A stretch of 38,949 nucleotides of DNA, from the NCBI GenBank assembly GCA_900617105.1, contig UYFQ01000366.1, forward strand, positions 1 through 38,949. Reading direction: 5' to 3'. Origin of the DNA: Hydrurus foetidus. Taxonomy: Eukaryota. The notes beneath the pieces are model-generated. The model was given only the letters and a program-made list of their open reading frames with translations. It searched no databases and was not told the DNA's origin. The translations under genes were made by a program, and so were the position numbers. This document shows positions 1-10,109 of the stretch, piece by piece. Numbering within the stretch: position 1 is the first letter of the stretch; every line of letters begins with the position of its first letter.

Positions 1-1056
1 TTATCGATGTACCCTGGCATCGTGAGTGCGACGGTATGTGCTATATCATCGCAAGTAATTTTGAAATCGATGTACGTAGAGCCAGTCCAATTGACCGTAA
101 ATACGTACAGGAGTTGAAGGGTAGTAATGAGATGCTGCGCACCCTCTGAAGAGGAATATGTAACACCAAAATCGTCGACAACTAATGCAAAGTCTGTCCC
201 GTTGGTATTATGACAGAAAAAACAAGGAGTTGATGTCTCATGATACCCATGATGCTTGAGATGATCTATGAGTCGCTGTTGAGCAAGAAGACCAGCTTGA
301 GGTAGGCCATACATGCCTTTATTGACTTGGAATAATATGGATTCTTGATTGACGTATTGTAGGAGGTTATGTGCGATTGTGTGTTACTTGGTATCAAACG
401 TAGGGGAATGCGAATGTATTCGGGACGAAGGAATGGGATCCGCAACTAGTAGTCTTTAATGTCTATAGTCTTTTACGGTAAGAGGCGACAGAATGGAGGA
501 GGAGTTTGACAGCAGGCATGGTCGCTGTTTGAGCAGATGTGGGTCCATCGTAATTGATACGATCACCACTAGCAATGCCTCGAATGCGATACGTGGTGAT
601 CCCGGCACTGTTGATTTCCTGCTTCGTTTGAGGATTGAAGTAAGTCGTATTGCGACGACGACTAGCGGGTTGTTCTTGTGAAAATGTTGGCTGCATAGTC
701 TTCGAGTGAAACTGGTGGTCAAATTCTTCTGTCTCGGCTTGGAGCCATAGTGCAGCATCGGGACCGGCTTCAGCTTTTGAATCAGTTAGTGGACTGCCAT
801 CTGGCGCTAAATTTATGGCTGTGTACGCGGTGGTGCGCTGTCGTGCCTTGTGTTGGCGTGTGATGCAGGGCTCGGGGGCTTTTGGAACGGTTGGTAGTCG
901 ACGGATTGTGTGGTGGTAATGGCATAAGCGAAACAGTAGGGGTGTCGTCAGCGATACACACCCTCTGTTGCTGCCCGAGATAAGAGATCAGAGTGTCAGG
1001 AATAGTTTGCTGAAGGTGTAGTTGGGGTTAGTGGGTTGGTAAGTTTGTAGGGGGAC
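1..1056 (-). pseudogene. Degenerate Ty1/Copia (CoDi-like) pol, reverse-transcriptase part; runs off the left window edge
   Basis: Manual minus-strand translation gives KGMYGLPQAGLLAQQRL, FALVVDDFGVTY, MPGYID and YRIRGIASGDRINYDGPTSAQTA, motifs typical of the diatom CoDi-type Copia RT. Stops and frameshifts are present. Interrupted at 1056 by Gypsy A. Confidence 0.85.
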
Positions 1057-1273
1057 TGTGGCCTAACTATGGGCTGAGCAGTGGGCTGATGGAGCCGGGC
1101 GCGAGGGCAAGAGGAAAGGCAGCTATGGTGCTGGGGCTGTTGGCTAAAAGATGTGGTTAGCTTACAGATAAACACAGAGATAGGCAAGTCATGAATCGGA
1201 TGGCTCGGATCGTCCTCGATCCGAACCGAACGTACGCCGGTACCCGTACAGCTGTACAGCTGTGCGGGTCACA
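1057..1273 (-). repeat. 3' LTR of Gypsy A (217 bp)
   Basis: TGTGGCC...GGGTCACA, identical by eye to 9889-10105; adjacent to the polypurine tract. Confidence 0.97.
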
Positions 1274-1277
1274 ATGG

Positions 1278-1289
1278 CCTCCCTCTCTC
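1278..1289 (-). other. Polypurine tract of Gypsy A
   Basis: Minus strand GAGAGAGGGAGG, 4 nt upstream of the 3' LTR. Confidence 0.8.
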
Positions 1290-1427
1290 GAAAAAAAGGT
1301 GTACTAAATTTTCATGAACAATTTATCTATGCTTAAATACTAACATATAACTACTATTTCAGGTTGAACATTGAGTTTTTTTTTTTTTTTTTTTTTATAA
1401 ACCTATGTGTTTCATACTGTATATCGG

Positions 1428-2699
1428 TTAACGATAATTTTCAGCGAATTTACTTGGAATCAAGTGTTTTAGGTTTTTAGCAATTAAGAACTCGTGGACT
1501 TTTTCAGCGTCACGCATGTTTTTCCACGGTTCCCAAGTGTTTCTGTCGTGGGGATAATTTAGCCACTTGACGTGAAATTTTAATGTTCCCACCACTCGGA
1601 TGTTCCCTTCCATTGCTAGGATATCTTCGATAAAGAATTCGAGATAATCTCGTCGGGCGATATCGGTTGGGTTGACCTTTGTGGGGTCAAACTCAAATTG
1701 TTTAATATTTGATACATGGTATCTTTTTTCGCGGTTGGTAATAAGATCGAGTAGTGTATACTCGTCGAGATCGTTTGCGACCACTTGCATGGGACCTTTC
1801 CATAAAGTGTGCATGCGTGTTGGTTTTGATGTGCGGTGGGTAACCAGTACCAACGAGTCGATTTCGAACGTTGTGTAGTCGGTGGAACCGCCTGCTTTTC
1901 GTTTCTCGTCCGCTTCTTTGAGTAGTTCAGCAGTGATTCTGATGAGTTCATCTTGCATCTGCATAATTTTCTCAGTAGAATGGGTGACATGAGCCATGTC
2001 TAAGTTTATCTCATCTCGAGGGAGAAGGATGTTGGCATCAAGGTCAATAGCATTGCCGTATATAAGCTTTGCTGCTGTTGACTGTGTCCGTACGTTGAAT
2101 GTCGTATTTATAATTCGTTGTACGAATGGTAAAATTTCTCGGTAGTTTTCCGTAGTTGCACGGTCAAATGTAAATGCCGTGATGTGTCGGTTAATTTCCT
2201 TATTCATACGCTCTACTATCGAGTTTTCTTGCGAAGAGTATGGTAGAATAAGGTTGTGTGTTGTACCGGCAACTTTTACAAATTCCTCGAGGATTTTGTT
2301 TACGAAATGGGAACCGTTATCGGATCGCAGGAATTTGGGAGCTCCGTAGCGACCGATGTGTTCTATTAGGCCTGTTACGGCCGATTTTGCAGTATTATCA
2401 GTTGTGGCTGATAGTTCGACAAACCTTGTGAAGGTGTCTACCATAACAAGGATGTATCCTTTATCCGGGAATGGACCAATAAAGTCTATGTTTATGCATT
2501 CCATAGGTGCATATGTTGATGTTGTGAAACGATGGGTGACGGGTTTTTGTTTGTCAGCAGACATCTTTTGGCAACACGGGCATTGTTTAATGTATGCTCT
2601 TATATCGTGTCTCATGCCTTCCCATACTTTCCCTATTTTTTAGGTTTCGCAAAGTGCGATTGAATCCTCCGTGCCCAACGGTAGAGTTGTGGACACGCA
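1428..2699 (-). CDS. Gypsy A integrase with GPY/F region and C-terminal chromodomain (frameshift near 2640)
   Basis: HHCC (VHNSTVGH ... CPCCQK), DDE (INIDFIG, RSDNG, IVERMN), WKGPMQV, chromodomain FFIEDIL...FHVKWLNY...NTWEP. Confidence 0.95.
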
Positions 2700-4076
2700 T
2701 TAAGTATGCATATATTTCCGCTGCAAGCGGTTTGCAAGTAGGATTGCTGTTATGATGTGTTTCGGCATCTTGTTTTTACATAGGCGTGACATTGCGTCAG
2801 CGACTTCATTATTTTTCCCAGGGATATACCCTATCGTAAAATCTAATTCCTGTAGCGCACAGCGCCATCTTCCGACCATCTCATTTTTATCCTTGTGCAG
2901 GAAAGTAAGATTTTTGTGATCGGTCAGGATAGTAAACTTACGATCTCGTAGCAGGGCGTCGAGATAGTCACAGCAAAAGTAAAGGGCGTAAGCCTCTTTT
3001 TGTATTACGGACCATTTCAACTGGGTCTTGGTAAGAGATTTGCTTACGAGAGCGACGAGTTGTTTGACTCCGTCGACTTCTTGATATAAATAACCACCTA
3101 TACCGTAGTCAGACGCATCTGTCATGAGGGTAATAGGTGCTACATCGTCGATGAAATATAATAAGGGACTCTTGGAGATAAGATCTTTGACTAACGTAAA
3201 CGCGTCGGCCGCTTCGTCTGTCCAGACAAGCAATGTTTGCTTTTTGGCGGCGTGATCTATCATTTTGTGTAGCGGTGCTACCACATTTGAGTGATTTGGT
3301 ACATGATCCCTAAAGTAATTGGTGAGACCGAGGAACGAACGTAGTTCAGTTGTCTTTCTTGGCATCGGAAAGTCAGTCACACCCGTTATCTTTTTGGAGC
3401 TCATTGATATACCTTCCTTAGATATTTGTCTACCAACATATTCAACTACTTTGACGTTAAGTCTTAGCTTTGCAGCCTTGAGTGAAATGTTTTTATCTTC
3501 TAGACGTTGAAACAATGTTTCTAAACGTTCACAGAATTGTATGTGTCCATCAGCATATATGATGATGTCGTCTAAATAGACTTCACAGATGCTGTATATA
3601 AGGCCAAGTAGTACTATTGACGCCATCATCTGTTGAAAGTATGATGGGGCCATCTTGGGACCGAATGGTAGTCGTGTGAATTGGTATATACCCATAAATG
3701 TTATAAATGCGGTAAATACTTGTGCCGCCAGTGTTATTGGGGCTTGGTGGTATCCGGCCGTAAGGTCGATTACGCCGAATACGTTTGGCCGTTGGGCGCC
3801 AAGTCTGTATAACATTTGTTTTATATTTGGGATCGGCCAACTTGCAGATTCGGTTGCCTCATTGAGGTTCCTGTAATCTATGCAGAATCGGAGTGAACCG
3901 TCTGGTTTATTGCAAGTATTACTTGGGAGTAATATGAGGCATCTGATGGTTTTATTATTCCCTTTTTGAGCATTGCTACGATTTGTTTTCTGATTTCCTC
4001 TTGTCGCATCGTTGAAGCGACTCTGGGAGCACCCCGATTACGGAAGTGTTTCCATTGAGGTATGTTTACCTTTTTG
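2700..4076 (-). CDS. Gypsy A reverse transcriptase and RNase H (frameshifted)
   Basis: IDLTAGYHQ, RLPFG, VYLDDIII, LRSFLGLTNYF, TDASDYGIG, QKEAYA, TDHKNL, ADAMSR. The RT N-terminus (MLKKGIIKPSDASYYSQV) is in ORF 3878-4147. Confidence 0.95.
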
Positions 4077-5879
4077 AAATCAAAGGGAGAATTCGAGCGG
4101 GTTCTGGACCCAGCTCGTTTTTGAAAAGCGATTTGTGTTTTATGCAAATCGCTTTAATTTCGGCAATCTCAGTTGGTGTACCATCGATATGTATTAAATC
4201 AATTAAGTACATCGAATCGTTGTTTTGATTGTCTTGAAAAGGAGCGAAGGTATCCTTCGACTTGTAGTCGATCCCTTCCTTATCACGGAAAGACCGAACC
4301 TCAGGGAGGTCTTCGTCTTCCTCCCTAAGTAGAGCTGCCGCAATACCACGCGTTTCGGTTGGTGTTATGGATGAGGGTGTAAGAGTAGCTACTCTCTTAC
4401 GCCTTTTGGTTTTTACACCAGATCCATTCTGACGCGGAAGTGGCAACACTAGTGTTGTCAAATTGGTGGTGCGTAGTATGGACTCATCGGAAGCAAGCTG
4501 AGCAACTGCCGTCGCTGAGCTTGTAGAACACCCGCATGAAGAGTTGCAAGTCTTGTGTGTACAAGCACCTCGAGCTACCAGGTTATCCTGCCGGGGAAAG
4601 TCTGTAGTCGAGGGATTTATGCCCTCCATGACAGAAATGCCAGGAGGTAGTGGGGACCCTGGGTCAGCTATTTTACTTTCCTTTTGGACAGTGTCCTTTT
4701 CCGTTAGTAACGGTAAAGGAATTTCCGTTTGGATTGTGTCTGCTGACGCTGATTCGGCTGATATTACCTCGGGGGGTAGTTCGGTGTCTATGAGTACCGT
4801 ATAAGGTACTAGCGCATCGTCCTCAGCCGAGAACGACACCCTTTGTTTCTTCAGCGGTGAAGCTGGTATCGCACTAGGCGTTATTTTGTCTAGGTTCTGA
4901 AAGAACTCCGGTATTATTTTTACCAAATTTAAATTTTTTATAGTCTGTAATCCTAAGATTAGGTCGACTTTTGACTCTGGAGCTATTCGGACGGGAAGAC
5001 TAAAAGTGTGTTTTAAATCGCTTTTATTAAATGATACAACAATATCAAGCACATTCGTAGATTCTACACATTGATTATTTAAGCCACTACACATCCACAT
5101 GGGTGAGTCAGAATTCCTCAAGTGGATTTCGCCGCGGAGGCCCCGAAGGACTCTGCCGTTGATGACGTCCCCGACTTGACATCCAGTGTCGATTTGGGCC
5201 AAGGCTTCCACGCCTCTAGTTTGGCACGTATTGGTTGGAGGAGGAGGAAGAAGAGGAAGACTTATGTCTGTCCGTCTCCTTCCTCTCCGCCTGGTACGAG
5301 TTGTCCCTGCGATCGTCAGGTCGGTCGCAAAAGTTCCCCGTTGATGTACACATTTGGTACGAAGTGTTCGTGACCAATCCGTTTGAAGTTCTTTGCCTCC
5401 TCAGACTGCGACCAAGTGCGATGGTTACGGTTGCAGTGAGGGTTCATGTGGTTTTGGCATTCGTAACGGTTGTGTCCCTTTTTGCCACAGGTGTGACAAA
5501 AGTTGGTCGCTCGGCTGATGCCGGACGACTCAGGGTCCACCTGACGTTTTGGGATTGCCTTGTAGGCGTTCGCCGAGTGGTTGTCGCGGTGAGGCGCGAC
5601 CTCAGCGTCGTCTTGGTCGGTTGGCGTGAGCTTCGACTCGAAGACGAAGTCGAGACCTCCCATGTCCTCCGCGTCTTTGATCATCTGGCGTGCTTCGCCC
5701 AGCATGACGACAAGACGCGTGAGCATTTTGAAGATGGTATCCTTCCCGGTCTTTTTGGTCTTACGTTTTGTCTTTGCCATAAAATTGTCTGTGAACTTGT
5801 TGTTCTTTGGCAGCTTCTTGTAGAAGGCCTTACAGATGTCATTCTGCATGTCGGCATCGATATTGTCGTATGACGTCCA
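4077..5879 (-). repeat. Internal direct duplication in Gypsy A: second copy of gag C-terminus (5331-5879) and protease/spacer (4077-5328)
   Basis: 4077-5328 matches 5879-7131 and 5331-5879 matches 7521-8069; segment 7132-7520 is absent from this copy; about 2% divergence by manual comparison. Confidence 0.95.
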
Positions 5880-7485
5880 AATCAAAGGGAGGAATTCGAG
5901 CGGGTTCTGGACCCAGCTCGTTTTTGAAAAGCGATTTGTGTTTTATGCAAATCGCTTTAATTTCGGCAATCTCAGTTGGTGTACCATCGATATGTATTAA
6001 ATCAATTAGATACATCGAATCTTCGTTTGGATTGTCTTGAAAAGGAGCGAAGGTATCCTTCGACTTGTAGTCGATCCCTTCCTTATCACGGAAAGACCGA
6101 ACCTCAGGGAGGTCTTCGTCTTCCTCCCTAAGTAGAGCTGCCGCAATACCACGCGTTTCGGTTGGTGTTATGGATGAGGGTGTAAGAGTAGCTATTCTCT
6201 TACGCCTTTTGGTTTTTACACCAGATCCATTCTGACGCGGAAGTGGCAACACTGGTGTTGTCAAGTTGGTGGTGCGTAGTATGGACTCATCGGAAGCAAG
6301 CTGAGCTACCGCCGTCGCTGAGCTTGTAGAACACCCGCATGAAGAGTTGCAAGTCTTGTGTGTACAAGCACCTCGAGCTACCAGGTTATCCTGCCGGGGA
6401 AAGTCTGTAGTCGAGGGATTTATGCCCTCCATGACAGAAATGCCAGGAGGTAGTGGGGACCTTGGGTCAGCTATTTTATTTTCCTGTTGGACAGTATCCT
6501 TTTCCGGTAGTAACGGTAAAGGAATTTCCGTTTGGATTGTGTCTGCTGCAGCTGATTCGGCTGATATTACCTCGGGGGGTAGTTCGGTGTCTATGAGTAC
6601 CGTATAAGGTACTAGCGCATCGTCCTCAGCCGAGAACGACACTCTTTGTTTCTTCAGCGGTGAAGCCGGTATCGCACTAGGCGTTATTTTGTCTAGGTTC
6701 TGGAAGAACTCTGGTATAATTTTTACCAAATTTAAGTTTTTTATAGTCTGTAATCCTAAGATTAGGTCGACTTTTGACTCCGGAGCTATTCGGACAGGAA
6801 GACTAAAAGTGTGTTTTAAATCGCTTTTATTAAATGATACAACAATATCAAGCACATTTGTAGATTCTACACATTGATTATTTAAGCCACTACACATCCA
6901 CATGGGTGAGTCGGAATTCCTCAAGTGGATTTCGCCGCGGAGGCCCCGAAGGACTCTGCCGTTGATGACGTCCCCGACTTGACATCCAGTGTCGATTTGG
7001 GCCAAGGCTTCCACGCCTCTAGTTTGGCACGTATTGGTTGGAGGAGGAGGAAGAAGAGGAAGACTTATGTCTGTCCGTCTCCTTCCTCTCCGCCTGGTAC
7101 GAGTTGTCCCTGCGATCGTCAGGTCGGTCGCGACTTGGTTTGAAGTTGGCGATTGGATCTGTGGTAGAGATATGTGTAAGAAATCATCTATGTTTTCAGT
7201 CAATACAGCTGATAGAAGTTGTTTCGTTGACGGTAATTCTCGAGCGTACTCGATTGTGTCCATGATCGGGTTAGTGAGTTGTGACTTACTTTTTCCCTTG
7301 TAGTTGGAGCTCAACTTGTTCGTGTTGGAACGATCGTTGTCCCTATCCGGTTGAGTCTGGTTGCTCTTGTACTTGTTGTACTTGGTGTTGTTGTTGTTGG
7401 CCAGCTTTTGTTTCTTGGTCGGACGGTCGTCTTGGGCTCTCCCTGGAGGAGAGAAGTCGATCTCAACATCGTCAGTTGGATACAC
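5880..7485 (-). CDS. Gypsy A aspartic protease and long PR-RT spacer (first copy)
   Basis: EALAQIDTGCQVG active site and VDLILG motif in ORF 5839-7485. Confidence 0.88.
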
Positions 7486-9286
7486 GTAGGTGGCGCCCCG
7501 GGATTGTTGGTGTCCCGGGTAAGTTCCCCGTTGATGTACACATTTGGTACGAAGTGTTCGTGACCAATCCGTTTGAAGTTCTTTGCCTCCTCAGACTGCG
7601 ACCAAGTGCGATGGCTACGGTTGCAGTGAGGGTTCATGTGGTTTTGGCATTCGTAACGGTTGTGTCCCTTTTTGCCACAGGTGTGACAGAAGTTGGTCGC
7701 TCGGCTGAGGCCGGACGACTCAGGGTCCACCTGACGTTTTGGGATTGCCTTGTAGGCGTTAGCCGAGTGGTTGTCACGGTGAGGCGCGACCTCAGCGTCG
7801 TCTTTGTCGGTTGGCGTGAGCTTTGACTCGAAGACGAAGTCGAGACCTCCCATGTCCTCCGCGTCTTTGATCATCTGGCGTGCTTCGCCCAGCATGACGA
7901 CAAGACGCGTGAGCATTTTGAAGATGGTATCTTTCCCGGTCTTTTTCGTCTTACGTTTTGTCTTTGCCATGAAATTGTCTGTAAACTTGTTGTTCTTTGG
8001 CAGCTTCTTGTAGAAGGCCTTACAGATGTCATTTTGCATGTCGGCATCGATATTGTCGTATGACGTCCAGAATCCGAGTAGGATGTCACGGAACTCAGAG
8101 AGAGCTCTGTCTTCAACGGAAGGATCTTTCCAGCTGATGCGGAATTTGCACTTTTTAACTTCATTTCGAAGTCGAAATGGGTAGACGTACGTTTGTTTTT
8201 GTAAAAGATCTTTTTAAGATCATATGCAGAGTTCTTTAACGTTAACGTTTTGCCGTCGACCGTTGGCCAGGCGAGACAAGTCTTGGTGTTGTAACCTGTC
8301 TCGTTTTTGCATCGAAGCAACTGGTCGCGGATCGTTTGGATGGCATCCATTTTGATTAGCATCTCCCAACTGGTTAACATACCGGGGCGGTATGCTTGTT
8401 CGTAAAACGCTCTTGCTGCTTTATCAGCGTCATCGAGGAGTTTTTCTCGAGTGAGGTAGTACGCCTCCTTCATGTTGATGATGGAGGTTTGCGAACCCGC
8501 TTTGCTTTGCGGGGGGGAATCCTCTTCCGAGTTTTCCGCCTTTTGCGCGCGGTGTGTTTTACCGGATTTAGCATCGGTTTTGGTTTTCACCTTTTTGTCC
8601 TTTGGGGCAGGTTTGGGACCCGCCTTTGGGGACTTTTTCTTGGCGAGGGGTTTGATCTTAAGGGACTTCCTGTCCTTGGGCTTAGACTTTTCGGGTTCGA
8701 CCTCCTCGTCGTCTTCGACTTCGACTTCAGCTTTCGCCTCATCGTCGTCGCTGTTGTCGTCCCCGTCATCCTCCCCGTCACCCTCTCCGTCGTCCCCGTC
8801 GCCACTACTTGCGTCGGACTCATCGGAGGAGCTGTCGGGGTTGCCACCATCACCTCCCCTGTCGCTGGCGTTATCAGCGTTATCCTCGCTGTCGCCGTCG
8901 GATTCGTCGGGGGGGTTGTCGTCGTCGTTGTTGTTGGCATTGTCATCACCGTCGGCGTCAGCCTCCGGCTCTGACTCGGCGTCGGCCTCGGCCTTGCCGT
9001 TGTTGGCTGCCTTATTTGATTCGACTTCGGCGTCGACAGATGGTACGACTAGGTCGTCTTCTGTACAGATCTGTAGCAGTCGCGGGTGAAGCGTTGAGTT
9101 GTCTCCCCCTCTTTTTAAGTACCCGCGGGTATCTAGGGGAGAGTCTGTCTCGCCCTCGGCTTCCTCGGGTGTTATCCCGAGGAGCTCGTCGTTTGAGGGT
9201 TCTAAGGCGTCGGCGGCAGCTTGTGCAGCAGCTATTTCTGCTTGCTCTAGTTTGTGAGCTGCTTGCATTTCTTTTGCTGCTGCCAT
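7311..9286 (-). CDS. Gypsy A gag (frameshifted) with acidic low-complexity region and CCHC zinc knuckle
   Basis: ORFs 7871-9286 and 7311-8039; CHTCGKKGHNRYEC knuckle; lies between the 5' LTR and the protease. Confidence 0.85.
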
Positions 9287-9877
9287 GACGCCTTTGAAAA
9301 ACTTTTCATCGTCTTCGAGACGCGTTGGGGTAGCCGAAACATGTATTGCTTCTTTGGCCAGAGCCAGTATCGATTTCTCGATGTTCCGCTTTACAAGGGC
9401 CTGCTCCGCTTTGTGCCTTTCCTTCTCAGTGAGAGGAGCACTGCGCGAAGCGCTTGGAGCTGAAGAAGCAGAGGCGGCTGCGTTAGCAGCCGCTTTCTTC
9501 TTTATTTGGGCCCTTGACGGAGATGTTGGTGGTTTACTTTCGCACGATTTTGAAGGAAATCGTGGGAAAGTTTGGTCGGTCGTTGGAGCCTCTACGGGAG
9601 CGGAACTTGCTTTCGCTCGACTCAGAGCTACTTGCTTCGTTAGGCTTCGAGTTTTGAAGTCGTCAACGATTTTGTCGCGAAAATATCGACGACTCGAGCT
9701 TTTTAACTAAAGCGTTTCAGAGGCTGTCGATTCGACGTAGCCTTTGTAGTGTCTTTCGACGTTGTTTTCACTTGTTTCCAAGTTACTAGCTTGTTTGCAC
9801 GCCGTTTTACGGGTCGTGGCGATGTTTTTGGAACGCTTTTTGGAACTGGTCTCTGAGAAGAGCACCAAGTTGGTCCA

Positions 9878-9889
9878 AATACTAGTATT
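9878..9889. promoter_or_regulatory. Perfect 12 bp palindrome AATACTAGTATT at the primer-binding-site position of Gypsy A
   Basis: Abuts the 5' LTR and overlaps it by 1 nt; no TGG-initiated tRNA-type PBS at the boundary. The sequence is observed; its function is inferred. Confidence 0.75.
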
Positions 9890-10105
9890 GTGGCCTAACT
9901 ATGGGCTGAGCAGTGGGCTGATGGAGCCGGGCGCGAGGGCAAGAGGAAAGGCAGCTATGGTGCTGGGGCTGTTGGCTAAAAGATGTGGTTAGCTTACAGA
10001 TAAACACAGAGATAGGCAAGTCATGAATCGGATGGCTCGGATCGTCCTCGATCCGAACCGAACGTACGCCGGTACCCGTACAGCTGTACAGCTGTGCGGG
10101 TCACA
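9889..10105 (-). repeat. 5' LTR of Gypsy A (217 bp)
   Basis: Identical to 1057-1273; followed by the TSD GGAC. Confidence 0.97.
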
Positions 10106-10109
10106 GGAC

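Larger units (their letters stand above)
1057..10105 (-). mobile_element. Ty3/Gypsy chromodomain LTR retrotransposon, family A, full length with internal duplication
   Basis: Two identical 217 bp TG...CA LTRs; GGAC at 1053-1056 and 10106-10109 (4 bp TSD); gag-PR-RT-RH-IN-chromodomain order on the minus strand. Confidence 0.97.

Noticed and set aside
7311..7520. Programmed gag-pol frameshift in families A (~7490) and B (~33770)
   Set aside because: The shifts go in different directions, no clear slippery site is visible, and both copies have other indels, so they cannot be distinguished from mutation or error.
8396..9710. Long plus-strand ORFs antisense to gag A
   Set aside because: Shadow frames of low-complexity GC-rich coding sequence, with no independent motifs.
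9850..9877. TGG triplets 11 or more nt downstream of the Gypsy A 5' LTR as a possible tRNA PBS
   Set aside because: Too far from the LTR end for a canonical PBS and not recognisably complementary to a tRNA 3' end; a tRNA search is still needed to exclude it fully.
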